Source: Dicyema japonicum (lineage: Eukaryota > Animalia > Dicyemida). From it: a stretch of 64,000 nt of DNA. The stretch is taken from the NCBI GenBank assembly GCA_011109175.1, contig RDEW01000018.1:1103222-1167221 (forward strand), in the 5' to 3' direction. This document shows positions 37,501 to 49,859 of this stretch, piece by piece; positions within the stretch are counted from its first letter, which is position 1, and every line of letters starts with the position of its first letter. The notes below the pieces were generated by a model that was not told where the DNA came from, searched no databases, and saw only the letters and a list, made by a program, of their open reading frames with translations. A program made the translations under genes and the position numbers.

Positions 37501-38529
37501 AACGTAGTACCACAAGACCACATTTCACCTGACTTGGGGAAACTGTCCACCTGACCAACCGAATGACCCCAATTTGGCTGAAGATTTTGAGGAATTGTCC
37601 TTTCATTTTGAGGTTGGGGATCTTATAAGTCATAAACGTGATACCATTAGACCACATTGGACCTGATTGGGGGAAATTGTCCACTCGAGCAACCGGATGA
37701 CTCCAATTTGGTTGAAACATCTACAAACATTAAAATATTATACACCCGCCTGATGGGACATGTGGGTTGCCTGAGGAAACGTAGTGGAATCGTCGATCCC
37801 ACGTGAGCCAGCCAATCCAGGTAGACCCCATCGATCACATGACCTAGGAACCTCACTTAACGAGGATGTATTGTCCGGGACATTCTTGGATGACTGATTC
37901 CACTTGATATTTGACTGAGAATGTTTGGCTTGGGGGACAATTTGGGAAGAATCTGACCAGAGAATTGATTTTTCGGGGAATGTCAGATTTGATGGAGGTT
38001 CTTGCCTGTCAGTTGTTTGGTTAGGTTCAAGCCACCCTATACAAGTCCTACTCTGGACGGGTGAGGCTTTGGGACAAGTGTCCTTAACATCATTATGGCC
38101 ATGGTACCTTAACATTTGACTTAGTGACCTTTGTGATCGAAAATTCTTTGAGTTGTTGAGTAAAGTCCAATTCCACAGTCTTTTTGAAGAAATTATTGAT
38201 GGAATGAGTCAGTTGTACTGGCAGTTTTTCAGGTACCTTCTCCCCAACCATGACGGCAGTGATGACTTTCATTACACAGCAAAACTGGGATTCGTCAAGA
38301 CTACCAGATTTAGACGTGTCCACCAAATCCCTTGAATAACGAATAGCGATAACCATATTTGGGCTAACCTATTGTCTGGCAGCTTAGATTTACTCAAAAG
38401 AGGACCCAGGATTTGGCCTACAATGTTACGATAGGGACTACCAGAGACAACCCCATTTATTGGATTTAATCTGCTAAATTGGTTCCGCCATTTTGATATT
38501 TCATTATCAGAACAGATCCAAATCACCAT
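34536..38529 (-). CDS. ITSN: Intersectin-like protein, long form: EH - linker/coiled coil - 2 SH3 - RhoGEF DH - (PH) - C2
   Basis: EH: QFSRLNPINGVVSG..SKLPDNRLAQIWDLVDTSKSGSLDESQF; SH3: AKYKFDGEEEGDLDL..DWCEGEIAGRVGIFP and ATMDFKG..WWIG..EWFPRSHV; DH: LFSNIEEI..IGDIL..FLQPVQRL; C2-like end. Some internal exons unresolved. Confidence 0.82.
36764..36910 (-). repeat. 39-bp coding tandem repeat (~4 units; NEDNSGHVDWGIM) inside intersectin
   Basis: agaattatcctcattcataatcccccagtccacgtgtcc units seen directly. Confidence 0.95.
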
Positions 38530-38612
38530 ATCTAAATTCTAATTTTATTTATTAAAATATTTTTAATTAAAAAAAATTATTTTTAATTAATAAAATTAGA
38601 AATCAATTAAAA

Positions 38613-39015
38613 CAAGGACGCCCTGACGGCATGACCTCCTTTCCTTTCGAGCGAGGGCGAAACCTTGTATGGGGTGTGACCTGTGTCTGCTCTTTCGCCC
38701 CAAGCAAAAAAAATAATTCACCGGGAAGACCTTCTTCTCAAGCAGAGGAAATGAAAAATGCTAAGTATTCGGATATCAGCGACAGGTACATTTTCGCACC
38801 TGTCGCGATTGAAACTTCGGGGAACTTTGGCCCTAAAACGCTGAAGTTCCTGAATCATCTTGGAAAACTACTATCCGACAAAACTGTGATCTTCGTGAGA
38901 CGAGATGGCTCAAGGAGAGGCTCTCGTTGGCTGTTGTCCGTGGGAATAGCTTATGCATCTCCCAACAGCTGAATAATTAAAATTAAAATTAACTATTCTT
39001 TTCCTTATAATAAAA
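38613..39015 (+). mobile_element. 5'-truncated copy of the CRE element with A-tail
   Basis: Nearly identical to 12745-13110. Confidence 0.92.
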
Positions 39016-39029
39016 AAAAAATTTTATAC

Positions 39030-39780
39030 AAGTTTTGTTTAACTGCTTTCAGTAGATATTGATTCTATAAACTCGTATTATATGATTTGTGAGTTTGTGG
39101 TTAAATTTCCTAACAGAAGGCTTCGTTCTGCTGCTTTCATGCAACAAGGTCATTGCGATACAAATAGTCTATCCCTAGAGTCTCTCAGGAATTTAAGTAG
39201 AAATCAGCATACTTTCATGCTGATACAGCCTAGTTCGAGTACAAAGGAGAATTTTATCCTAAAAAGACACTGATTAGAGACTGGCATAATTCGAGAGACA
39301 CCATTTGTGAACCCTTCCCGTGAGGATTGTTGAATAGTAAAGAAGGAAATGAAGCATAGTAAATGAAAAAAATCAATTCCATTGATTTGTTAATTAAATT
39401 ATTCAACAATTATTATTCATGAGTTCACTTAGGAGATAATTGTGCTATTGGAATTTTCCCAGGGGACCACAAGAGATTGATACGCGAATGAAGATCTAGA
39501 GGACAATCTCTTCCAAAATATCACTTTGCCAAAATATTTTTCGTCCTTTCCAATTGTGATCAGTCCTTCCTTGATTTTGTCAAAAATCGTTTTAACCTGA
39601 TTGGAATTTCTGAAAGAATTGTTATAGCATTTAAAGGTGTAACCGGTTTAAACAGCTAGAACTGGACATCTCTCCCCATGGTTATATCCTACCAGGAATA
39701 ATCAGACAAGATATTTTGTAAAGAGAGTGAAATAAGTTGTCGAGTATGCGATAAGGGACACAAAATAGTAGAACATACAG
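39030..39780 (-). pseudogene. Possible decayed innexin-like ORF
   Basis: One minus frame with several stops reads IFIRVSISCGPLGKFQ*HNYLL followed by hydrophobic segments, loosely like FPRVTKC..GPSG.IQ.HDALC; weak. Confidence 0.25.
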
Positions 39781-39959
39781 TGGTATTCAGTCTGCCTACT
39801 AGCATGGGTCTTCAATGCATTTGACCAATTTTCTTTAAATGATCTCTTTGATTAATATTTGAACCGAACACCGTTGTAACGTATGAGTTTTTGGTCTACC
39901 AATGAAATCTCTTAAAATAATTAGAACGATGGAGAGAGTCCAGAACGACATAATGAATT

Positions 39960-40400
39960 TCCTTCACAGAGTGTCAAAGGCTCTCGATAAGTCTATCTAA
40001 TGTTGGTGGTATTGTCGTATCTTTGGTGTGGCTGTTGATCTCCCTTCTCGAAAACCGTTTCGGCTTTCTGGTAAGGATTCCAAAAGGGAGAAGGTTTGTT
40101 TTCAAATTTACAAATATAGTTCTTGTAGGTAAGAATCTCCTCTTCAGAAGACCTCGCCATTTTTAGGAAGTTGTGCTGTATGTCCCCCAGATGTTCCATC
40201 ACTTTTGTGACATTCAGTCATTGAGCGTATTCCTCAATGATAAGGTGACTGTGCTTCTGTTACGTTTAAGTAGGATTCTCAGGGACGTGTTCTGTATGAC
40301 TTGTAGTTTGTGTGGACTTTGAAAAGATGTAATCCAAACCGCACGTGCATGTTCGATTGTTGGTAGGACATATTTTTTGTATAATAATTCAAGTGCGTTC
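39960..40400 (-). mobile_element. Scrambled LINE RT relics
   Basis: LPESRNGFREGRST, DLSRAFDTL and YVLPTIEHARAVW...KLQVIQNTSLRILL. Confidence 0.65.
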
Positions 40401-40949
40401 TATTCCCGGGCAAAAGGACTGATGTCCCCTAATTCGAATCTCGCTGCTGTACATTCTGGCTGAAGGTTCAACGCATCTTGATGAGTGACATCGTCATCAG
40501 TGAACATCTCACTGCAGAACCGGATCGTCTACAAAAAGACTCACACCCAACAAAAGAGCATTCCTTGGTTTTTCCTCATCGATTAGTTATGATAACTGTT
40601 CTCAACGAAGTACTCTCGTCGTTACATTACCTGGGATATCCACTTCCAATCTCAGTATATTTCCTAAGAGCTTCCATCTCAAATCGGTGATCTCGAGACT
40701 CAAAGGATCAGTGTAGCAAACATTATACATCGCTCTCTTGCTTATTTTCCATGGCAAATTCAAACCGAGCATTATCCTCAGCAGCTTCGACCAAATTAGT
40801 CTATCCTCTGTTCCTCAGCCTTGGAAATCGTCCACGTTGATGAATTATATAATAGGATTTGTTTAACAGGGGCATTTTATAGCCATAGCCGGAATGATGT
40901 ACTTGATCGTCTTCCGTCAATCCAGTTATTTTTAACATTGTTCGGAGCA

Positions 40950-41610
40950 GCTAAGGCGAGAGTAGTTTTCGAACAACGTCCTGAAATTAAAATTTATTTC
41001 CAACTGGATAATGGAAAACCGGCTCGGTGGGAATGCAGAGAAGTCGTCTACGTCATTATTTACCTCGGACAAAAGATTGGGAAGGAAGACAATCACCTTG
41101 AAGTTAAACAAGTTCGGCATCCCTTTCCACAGATGTCAAAGGATCTTGGGTGTGACAATTTATATGCATCTCTGTTCAACACCTTACGTATAAAACATTC
41201 TATTGATATGGGAGAAGAAACTGAACGTATTGAAAAGTTTATCGGGAATATGGAAGAGTGGTACTCACCCAGTCTTGATGAACGTGTACAAACAATACAT
41301 CGAGCCATGTTTCTCATATACATGCGCCTCGTGGGGTCCGTACATATTTTGGACAGATATGAGGAAAATTGAGGAAATGCAAAAGAGGGCTTACAGAGTA
41401 ACGGAGAGTTGGATTTGTGAAGATCGTCGACCCGGACCTACGCCTCTGGAGGCCCTTATGAGACTTGACTCCAGATCACGGGAAGTTGGCCCTAAAATTC
41501 AGGCAGCCGTCCTGTACGTTCATGCGCGGGCATGAAGGAAGAACGACGGGCAAAGATGAGGTCTCTGTTAGAATGCATTGGGATCACGTGATAATTAGTT
41601 TTGTTTTACA
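40950..41610 (+). mobile_element. LINE family A 3' third
   Basis: ORF 41203-41535 homologous to 242-526; ends gggatcacgtgataattag. Confidence 0.8.
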
Positions 41611-41689
41611 GTGGTCTTAGGTTAAATAAATACAAAAAATAAAAAAATTAAGATATAATAAGATAATCTTTTTATGCTATTGCTTCCCA

Positions 41690-42270
41690 TTAAGAAGACC
41701 CTTTCAATCCTTGGAGTCATCCTGGATCCCCTCCTCACATTCACTCATCAAGTGGACCTAGTAACTGCAAAGATCCAAAAGAAAATTGGAATCTCGAGGC
41801 TTTCACTCACTCCCCAATATCTTCCCGCCCATCTTTAGAACTTCTATACAAACAATTTGTTCTACCTATTATCGAGATGCCTGTACTGCATGGATTGCCC
41901 CCTTATCAATATCGGCACAAAGCAAGCTGGTAGTTCTACAAAACCGATGTCTCATAATACTATTGAGATCGTCGAAAAAGACATCCACTTCGTTACTACG
42001 GAGAACACTAAACGTCCCCCCAATCATGGAATATCTTACAGAACGCCATCGAGACTTCCTTAAGATGGTAAAGTCCTTTGACCATTTTTTCGGACCGCAC
42101 ATCAGATTATTGGACGCCCGCCCGAGATATGAGAAGAAACCTTCCTCACTGTGGAGATAAATCCAGGACTCCAAAACTAACCGCAGGAAAAGGACTAGTA
42201 TGGACACCGGGATCAGTTAATTAGACGTTAACTTTTATCCTCTTTCTCTTGATTTCAGGTTTATAAAATA
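41690..42270 (+). mobile_element. LINE family B 3' fragment
   Basis: Matches 1570-1945, the reverse complement of 1955-2045, and 45880-46380. Confidence 0.85.
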
Positions 42271-42703
42271 AAATGCTATTGAGTCGGTTACGTTAAAGCT
42301 CTTTCGATTGAGGAAAAATGTCGGAAAAAAAGAGAAGGATCACTTATCAGATGGTAAGAATATAATTCTTGCCACAATGTGGCAAAGTTACCCAAAGAAT
42401 GAGCAACTTGAGAGTATTAAACATAATTTTTTTTCTACTTGAGCTTTCCGAAAAAAAGTGTAGAAAATTTATTCCAGAAGCAGCTTGACAGAATTAAGCT
42501 ATTTTTTAGGTTTTATTTTCATTTATTATACATCTGAAAAAATTTTTGTTTTGATTGACAAAACTGACATCCGGGGACAGAAATGTGTCACTTATTGGTA
42601 GAATTTCTGATCTCAAGAAAATATTTTTAATATCTTGTCGTCCATTGTCTATTTTGATTAGTTTTTTTATACTAAATATTTTTTGTTTTAGATAAATTTA
42701 TCA

Positions 42704-42832
42704 TAAAGTCAAAAAAAGGTTAGAATTTTGAAAATTTAATAACCAATAAAGTCAATTTTTATAAAGTCAAAAGTGAATTTAAAGTCAATAAAGTCAATTT
42801 TTAGGTCAAATTTCCGATTTATAAAGTCAAAA
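42704..42832 (+). repeat. Cluster of TAAAGTCAA motifs
   Basis: About six copies in ~130 bp of AT-rich intergenic DNA. Confidence 0.7.
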
Positions 42833-43269
42833 AATCCCCCTATTGATCACTAACCTTACTGAACCTCATTGGATCGTAAGAAGGAAAGAGGATCAGCGAG
42901 AAAGGATCTGGGTCATAGAGCGCATTTCCTTACGAATCGTGAGGGAGAATATGCTCTCCCTATTGAAGAAGTAACCCATTTCAGCAAAGAAAACGCACTG
43001 AAAATAATCAAAAATTGTATTTCTCTAATGATTTATTGGCATCCAAAAATATCTGAAATTTAGATTTTCCGTAATGTCCTTTCTATTACAAAAATGGGTC
43101 AGGAAGCAATTCGCTAGCAGCAGAGACGAAGTAACCTCAAATCATCAGAACGTTGATTAAGTTTTAGCAAAATTTGGTCCCCATGAGGCGCATGCATATT
43201 AGTAACATGAATCGATGTCCTTACACGTTCAGATAAACTTTATAGTACGTTCAACTCGATTCTTATATT

Positions 43270-43510
43270 TATTCCATCAGTATTTCAACGTTGGCTTGGT
43301 ACTATGTGACTCTTGATTAAAGATTTCTGTTTCTTCTGTTCCTCCTCTCCCTTTTTCGGATGGAGTGACGTCATGTGATCCGACTGTCTCAGGTAGCGCC
43401 CAGTGCCAGAGTAGCACGAAAAAGATCATTTTCTCTCCCCCAGTCCAATGTAGGTGTTTCCACAACTGGGAATAGACGTCTTCTACCTTTTCTGCTGGAT
43501 CTAGGTGACT
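43270..43510 (-). mobile_element. Possible Penelope-like GIY-YIG endonuclease relic
   Basis: Frameshifted VYS..CGNTYIG followed by ...KPTLK; weak. Confidence 0.3.
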
Positions 43511-44806
43511 TGTGTGACTTTGACTGAATCCGGGGTTAATAAAAATTTCATTAGCAATTGGAGCCTTATTTGTTTGAATAAATTACATTTGTTGTTTCCA
43601 TACTTTCTACAATTCAGAGTATTTATAGCAATTTCTTCACTCCAATGAACAGAGTTTATTGCAAACAGTGAATCAGAGTCTTAATAAAACAAGGAGTTCA
43701 TCGACGTTCTTGAATGTCCACTACATTTTAGAGTATAACCAAATTCCGTTCATGACGAGTTAATATTGTAGCCCTTCCGCCAAGAAGTAGTAATGTTACA
43801 TTCTTAAACCTCAGTTTAGCCAAGAACCCCAGGTATCGAAAATGATTTTGACTTTGTTCTTTTCTATTTCTATTCGAACCCGGAACCACTTGGATTTGGT
43901 CCAGAACTTATTACAATATGCAATCCGGTATCTGTTACTCTATGGCCGGATTTGATAATCCGAGTGTTAGACCATTCAATTTCAAGCCAGTGGATTGGCA
44001 TCCTAGACAATCGGTATTTTTGTTGCCTCACCCAACTAACCGGCCATTATGAAATAATCAAAAAATTTATGACAAATTACATTTCCTACAACTGAGCCAT
44101 AATACTTGTACTTCCGCATGTGCAGCAAATAAGACTATTTTAGGTGTAAGCTTCCTCTTCTATTTTCTGCATTCTAGACATTTTTATCGATTGTTAGCCA
44201 AACAAGTCACTTCCTACCAAAAAAATTAAAACTCAAATTTAGTGGGACTTTATATAAATCAATAACCATTAGCTAATCATATTGACACAATCGTCACAAA
44301 GTATCTAATCTCTATCGTCATGTCAAGATTGAATTAAACAAAACTGTTGACTATCTTCTCTGCCAATATTTGAAGGGATATCCCATAGTTGATATAATAA
44401 TCAACAGTAACATTTCTCATAATTTGGAGAGATGACGATTTAAAACATATATACCAGGATGGCAAAAGGGCCTGATGGCTACTGGTTTTAATATCTCTGC
44501 TGTATATTCCTGCTGATGGTTCTACGTATCTAAGATGACTTAACTGAGAAATCAGATCGTCTATAAAGGACTCAACAGAACAAAAGAAAAAAAGGTTTAA
44601 AGCATTTTTTGTTTTACCCTAGTGCGATTAGATATCATAACTGTTCTTCGATTAAATAAAGTGTGTCCTTTCTGGGAGGAGCTATAGGTAATATGGCTAG
44701 AAAAGTGAGGTTTTGTTTAATTGCTTACACAATATTAATCAAATACAACCAAATTAAAACAAATATAATAACTAAAATCAAAGCTTTATTTATAAATCCT
44801 ACAAAA

Positions 44807-45750
44807 TCATCGTCTACTTCTTTTACTGGCCGAATCCGAACCCCCGTAAGACCGTTTACTTGTGTCAGCAAATTCGGCCTTAAGTTTGATAATGTCAATC
44901 TCATCCAATAAACAGGGACCCATCGGTCGATAACCAAAGACCATTGGAGAAGCCAAACTTACGGTTGGGTTAACACCACATTTCTGAGGAAAACAAACAC
45001 CATTTTTTAACAAATAATCACTGCCTTTCTTAACATTCTCCTTCACTATTTGTGGGGGCTTATATGCCTCCACACTCTTCCGTAGAAACGTGTTAGGGAT
45101 ACAAGTGGTCTTAACCACTTTCACTCCACATAGCTTACACTTTCCTTCCCCCTCACACATTGAATTTACACCTAACAGATTACACACATAACATACAGGT
45201 ACCACACACTGACTCGGAACAGCAGGAAAGAATGAAGGCATTCACACTCAATCCCTGACACACTGGACAGAACAAATCCTCTTCAAACTTCTTATGGTTT
45301 GAATTCTCGTTCTCCTTGGTTGATAAATCCATAGAATATACAATTTTCACGTGTTTCTTAGGTGGGTCATCTTTTTTAGTTTCTACAGAGAGAGGAACCT
45401 TGCTTTTAGCTTGAATGGAGTAATGGCGAGTGAATGTGGAGGGTCTACTGATATTATATGCGGGAAACCTGTCGTTGTTCACATAAATGGGGATTCGGGA
45501 GATTAAAAGTCTTGTATTCTTTGGAATCAAGAAGTTCTTATCATCGTATACTAGAAATGGTCAAATATTAGGTATTACTTAGTCCTGAGTCCTCGTTCGT
45601 CACAAGAATATCAAATCCTCCAGAACGCGATTGAGTCGTATTCTTTTCTATTACAGAGTTTTTGAAGTCTTTAAGAGGTATTCAATCCCCAACAAATCGT
45701 ATTGTCTGGTATTCAGTAACACTTTTTAGTCTGTAATGAACAGCTGACAT
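44807..45750 (-). CDS. RBBP6: Short RBBP6/Mpe1-family protein (DWNN + RING), in-frame TGA at 45682-45684
   Basis: MSAVHYRLKS...YDDKNFLIPKNTRLLISRIP (DWNN) and CPVCQ..CCSESVCGTC..CKLC..PNTFLRKSV (RING); introns of 28 and 25 nt. Confidence 0.85.
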
Positions 45751-45879
45751 TCAATATGACCAACAAGAAACACAAAAAGTGACGGGTAATTGATTTATTT
45801 TAAATTAATAATTTTATTATATTTTAGTAAATTTATTCAATTATAAATTTAAAAATTAAAAATGCATTGGGGTATTTAT

Positions 45880-46380
45880 TTCGAATGTGACTGCTACTTT
45901 CCTGCTACAAAATCAACATTTTGGAATTCTCAAGATATTTACATACTCTCCAATATCTTCCCGCCCATCGTTAGACAATTTGTTCTACCTATTATCGAGT
46001 ACGCCTCTACTGCATGGATTTCCTCCTTATCAATATCGGCACAGAGCAAGCTGGTAGTTCTACAATACCGATGTCTCATAATTCTATTGAGATCGTCGGA
46101 AAAGTCGTCCACTTCGTTACTACGGAGAACACTAAACGTCCCCCAATCATGGAATTACTTACGGAACGTCAGCGGAACTTCCTCAAGATGGCAAAGTCCC
46201 CTGACCATCCCCTCGGGCCGGACATCAAACCATATATGGACGCCTGCCCGAGATATGAGAATAAACCTTCCCCGTTGTGGAGATTAATCCAGGACTCCAA
46301 AACTAACCGCATGAAAAGGACTGGTATGGACACCGGGATCACTTTATTAGACGATAACTTTTATCAAGATAAACTGGCCT
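45880..46380 (+). mobile_element. LINE family B 3' fragment
   Basis: Matches 41810-42240. Confidence 0.85.
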
Positions 46381-46730
46381 ATGAAGATTTCTAATGCAAA
46401 CCTTTATAGTACATGCAAATTCGGTATGCTGTCAGTTGATATTTTCAAATTAAGATGGAGCCTCTTTGGCCACGTGTTACGTTTAAATGGCCAGGTCCTC
46501 GCAAATGTCGCAATGGACAACTACTTCGCACACAGGAGCCGTATTCCGCGGAAGGTCAAAAACGACACTTCCGACTATTTTGAATGAAGACCCATCGGCC
46601 GTTGGTATGAGACTAACTTCGGCGGACGATCTTGACTACCTAAGAGAACAAGCGCGCAACAGAGAATCATGGTCGAGGTTGACGGAGAGGATGATTAGAA
46701 ATACGGCACAAGGGAAACTTACCTAATTTT
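46380..46730 (+). mobile_element. RTE-like LINE 3' end
   Basis: LRWSLFGHVLRL...TTLPTIL..DDLDYLREQARNRESW. Confidence 0.75.
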
Positions 46731-46759
46731 ATGTTTTCTCGGGATACACTCTACAAGCA

Positions 46760-47085
46760 GTACATTTAACCTAAAATTTGTTATTCATGTGCTCTTGGGG
46801 GACAAACATCGCCGCTACGAATTTAACTTAGATCCATAAAATTCAGTCAAAGACAGCGAAAGTACAGAAGTTTTCTTGCAAGGAAATCCTGCACAGATCT
46901 TTGAGAACTGGGCCATTTTTCTGGCGAAAGATTCATATGCACGAACCCCGTCCTTATCGCAGATGTGCCGGAACACAGTCTTAGCACCAGGAAAAGATGC
47001 GAAGACTGCTAAGGGAAGCCGGGATCACCTGAATTTTCTTATTCTGGTTATGACGGTGGTTTTTTGTTAATAAATTGAATTTAAA
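46760..47085 (+). mobile_element. LINE 3'-end relic related to 52700-52890
   Basis: gccgggatcac.tgaatttt...tatgacggtg..ttttt..aataaatt shared with 52830-52895. Confidence 0.6.
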
Positions 47086-47329
47086 TAAAAAATACGATAT
47101 ATTGATTTGTTGCAGGATAGTGGTTGTCTTAAAATTGGATTTATATTTCGGCTACGTCTACAATCATGGAGAGAAAACGACGTACCCTATGGTACTTGAT
47201 TGAAGATTTCTCTATCGTATCCACCTTACTCAAAAGACATCGAATGCATGAGGACACTCCTCTTAATTAGGAATCCATAATAAATTAATTAAAACTAATT
47301 TATTACGAAACAAGACAATCAAAATAATC

Positions 47330-48330
47330 AGTTGATAGGATGGAATGGCTGTTTCCCCTGACAACTGTCAGAGAAATCCTTTGGAACAACAATTCGACTT
47401 CCCGAAGCTCATTGCTAACTTTCGAAATCATTGACCCAAGTGATCTCAGAAAAGAGACAGTCTTAGGCCCGAAGACTCCATTCGTCTCGATAACAGTGGC
47501 TGTCGTATTTTTATCTTAAAATTCCCGAAAGTCGGAGCAGCCTACCTAGCTTTCAATGCGATACCAGCAAGTATCGACTAAGAATAGGCATCGGATCAAG
47601 AGAGGGCTTCACAACCCCGTTGATGGCTGCATGCCTCGGTAACCGGCCTCTGCTGAGACGGGAAGAGAGTGGGTGAAGTCCTTTGCAGTCCACAACAGAT
47701 CCACAATGGCATAGATGAAGCTGGCACAGATCGATCCCGAGACGGATAGAATCCTACTCCGGAGGGCGTCCTGTTTCAGAAGGTAACCAATTGACGATGA
47801 TAAGAATGCGTTCAGCCAATCACCGCTGTGAAAGGAAGAGGCTGCCAGAATGCAAGCCCTACGGTGCAAGTCTTCCGTTTGCATAAGGGTATGTGTGAAC
47901 AGAATGTCGGTCCAGTTTCTCAGTGGGTCTGTATCAAGAGGGGGTTCTCCGGAAGCCACCGACCAGCTCTTCAACCCATCAGCAATCTTGTCTTCCAGAG
48001 CCAACTTGCAGAGATCTGGAAGAATGGTCCGGATGAGAAACACTTAGCACGATAAAGAGGACATGAAGGATGGTAAGGAAACGTCCACAACAAATGTTAG
48101 GCAGATGCCCCCAAATCTGAAGGTATAAAAGCTTGCTTCAATCCAACTTTATCGAAATTTATATTAACAATTTCTTCAATAGTCTTGGAGATGTTTAAAT
48201 TCTCCAGGCTTTTTTAAAAATAGGTATCAAGGAGAGGAACGTACCAAACACATTAGCCTTGAAGGAATAAATAATTCTTTAATAGAAAAAAGTATGTGGG
48301 TAAATTTCAAGATTAACGCTGGTAATTTCC
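47330..48330 (-). mobile_element. Decayed CRE-clade element 3' portion
   Basis: RACILAASSFHSGDWLNA, HSLPV, IVIETNGVFGPKT; homologous to 5494-6216. Confidence 0.85.
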
Positions 48331-48491
48331 GAAAGTTTTCTATTAAGAATACAAGGGATAATATCTTTGGAAATGGATAAGCCCAATATGTATATAATTA
48401 GACAATTATAACATTTTTAATTATTGTCTAAAAAAATTTATAAATTAAATAACTTGGAATATTTTATTAAATTACCGCGCGTATCACTGTG

Positions 48492-49083
48492 ATGTCCTCA
48501 AAAATTGTAACCCCTAATTATTATAAGCAGAAGAAAATACTTAACAGCACCATCAAAAGTAAAAGAAGAACAGAGAGTAATTCTATCTTTTCTGAAATAG
48601 CCCCCCAAACTGATAGATTAAAATCTGTACTTCTTTTTGAACGAATGAGTGATAATGCAATCCCCCCTTTTCGAAGAGATTCTACCTCACCTGGGATTAA
48701 CTTATTCAGGTATATAATTGTATGATCTTAGTGCTTACGACTACGTAATCCCTGCGAACTCTGTGGTATTAGTGAAGACCGACATAAAGATTAAGTTCCC
48801 TGAAGGCAGCTATGGAAGAATAGGTTTGGAGTTGTAAGAATAGGTTTGGAGTTCCTTGCAAAAATCTTGGAAAGAAGCGGGTTTTTCTGAACGGTGAGGT
48901 GTTATCATTATTAATAGGAGGAGTCATCGATCCTGATTACAGGGGGAACATCGGACTAATTGTGGACAACCATGGGACTTTTGATTTTATTGGTTGCATT
49001 TGACTTTATTTAGTAAATCGTGGGGATTCCATTGGACTGATTGTTATTGAGATGATAGCTCTTCCGGACATTGTTATGAATTG
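48492..49083 (+). CDS. DUT: dUTPase-like protein with degenerate catalytic motifs
   Basis: LFERMSDNAIPP..GINLF|SAYDYVIP..VKTDIKIKFPEGSYGRI..GGVIDPDYRGNIG..NRGDSIGLIVIE; introns 48710-48731 (22 nt) and others of 20-24 nt; motif 3 kept, motifs 1, 2, 4 and 5 altered or absent. Confidence 0.8.
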
Positions 49084-49250
49084 ATTTGTGATTTTGTTTT
49101 AATTCCAGTATTTTTGATTTTATTGGTTGTATTTGACTTTATTTAGTAAATCGTGGGGATTCCATTGGACTGATTGTTATTGAGATGATAGCTCTTCCGG
49201 ACATTGTTATGAATTGATTTGTGATTTTGTTTTAATTCCAGTATTTTTGA
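48979..49250 (+). repeat. 133-bp tandem duplication of the last dUTPase intron/exon
   Basis: Two copies differing at one visible base (ggttgcatt / ggttgtatt). Confidence 0.95.
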
Positions 49251-49379
49251 TATTTATTAATATTGTGTATTTTATAAAATAGGGATCAATTTGTGTGTCG
49301 TAAAGTGATTGAGGACATAGAGGTGAGTCAGAAAAATACAGTCTCGTCTCTGGTGCCTGCACCTCTTCTCACATTCGAT

Positions 49380-49720
49380 GTTGTTTAGAGTATTTCATAA
49401 ACCTCCTGAAAAGGGAAGGTTTCTTTTCAAATTGCATATTCCAAGTAGGCAAGGATCTCTTCTTTGAGTGGTTTTTCGACTGACCTGCAGTTGTCAGAAA
49501 ATTGCGTGGCCTGTCCGTAGATGTTCCGAAACTGCCTTAACATTAAGCGTTTTCCTTAATAGGCGTTTTGCATTTCAGTAAAATTCGAAGGCATCGATTT
49601 TTTTTATAACTTCAAGCCTGTTTTGTGTTCAGTCTCTTGTGTTACTTGCATTGCTTCTTCTGGACTCACTTGCAGAGACTGTAAGATCGTCGGCATAATT
49701 TTTTGTGTCACGCTATTTTT
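49380..49720 (-). mobile_element. LINE family B-related 3' relic
   Basis: ..NRCLRILL..LRKTLNV.. across frameshifts. Confidence 0.55.
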
Positions 49721-49859
49721 TAATTTTGCTTTAAATTCGTTAAATAAAGCGAATATTTAATTTAAAAAAATAAAATTAATAAATTAGACTAAAAATGAGC
49801 TCAAAGATTTTAATTTTATTAATTTTCAAATGAAAATCATAAAAAATATTGACGAGCAA

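Noticed and set aside
40821-41372. 183-aa ORF that looks like a novel protein
   Set aside because: It is a shadow frame across an antisense RTE tail fragment and a sense LINE RT thumb; the conserved motifs lie in other frames.
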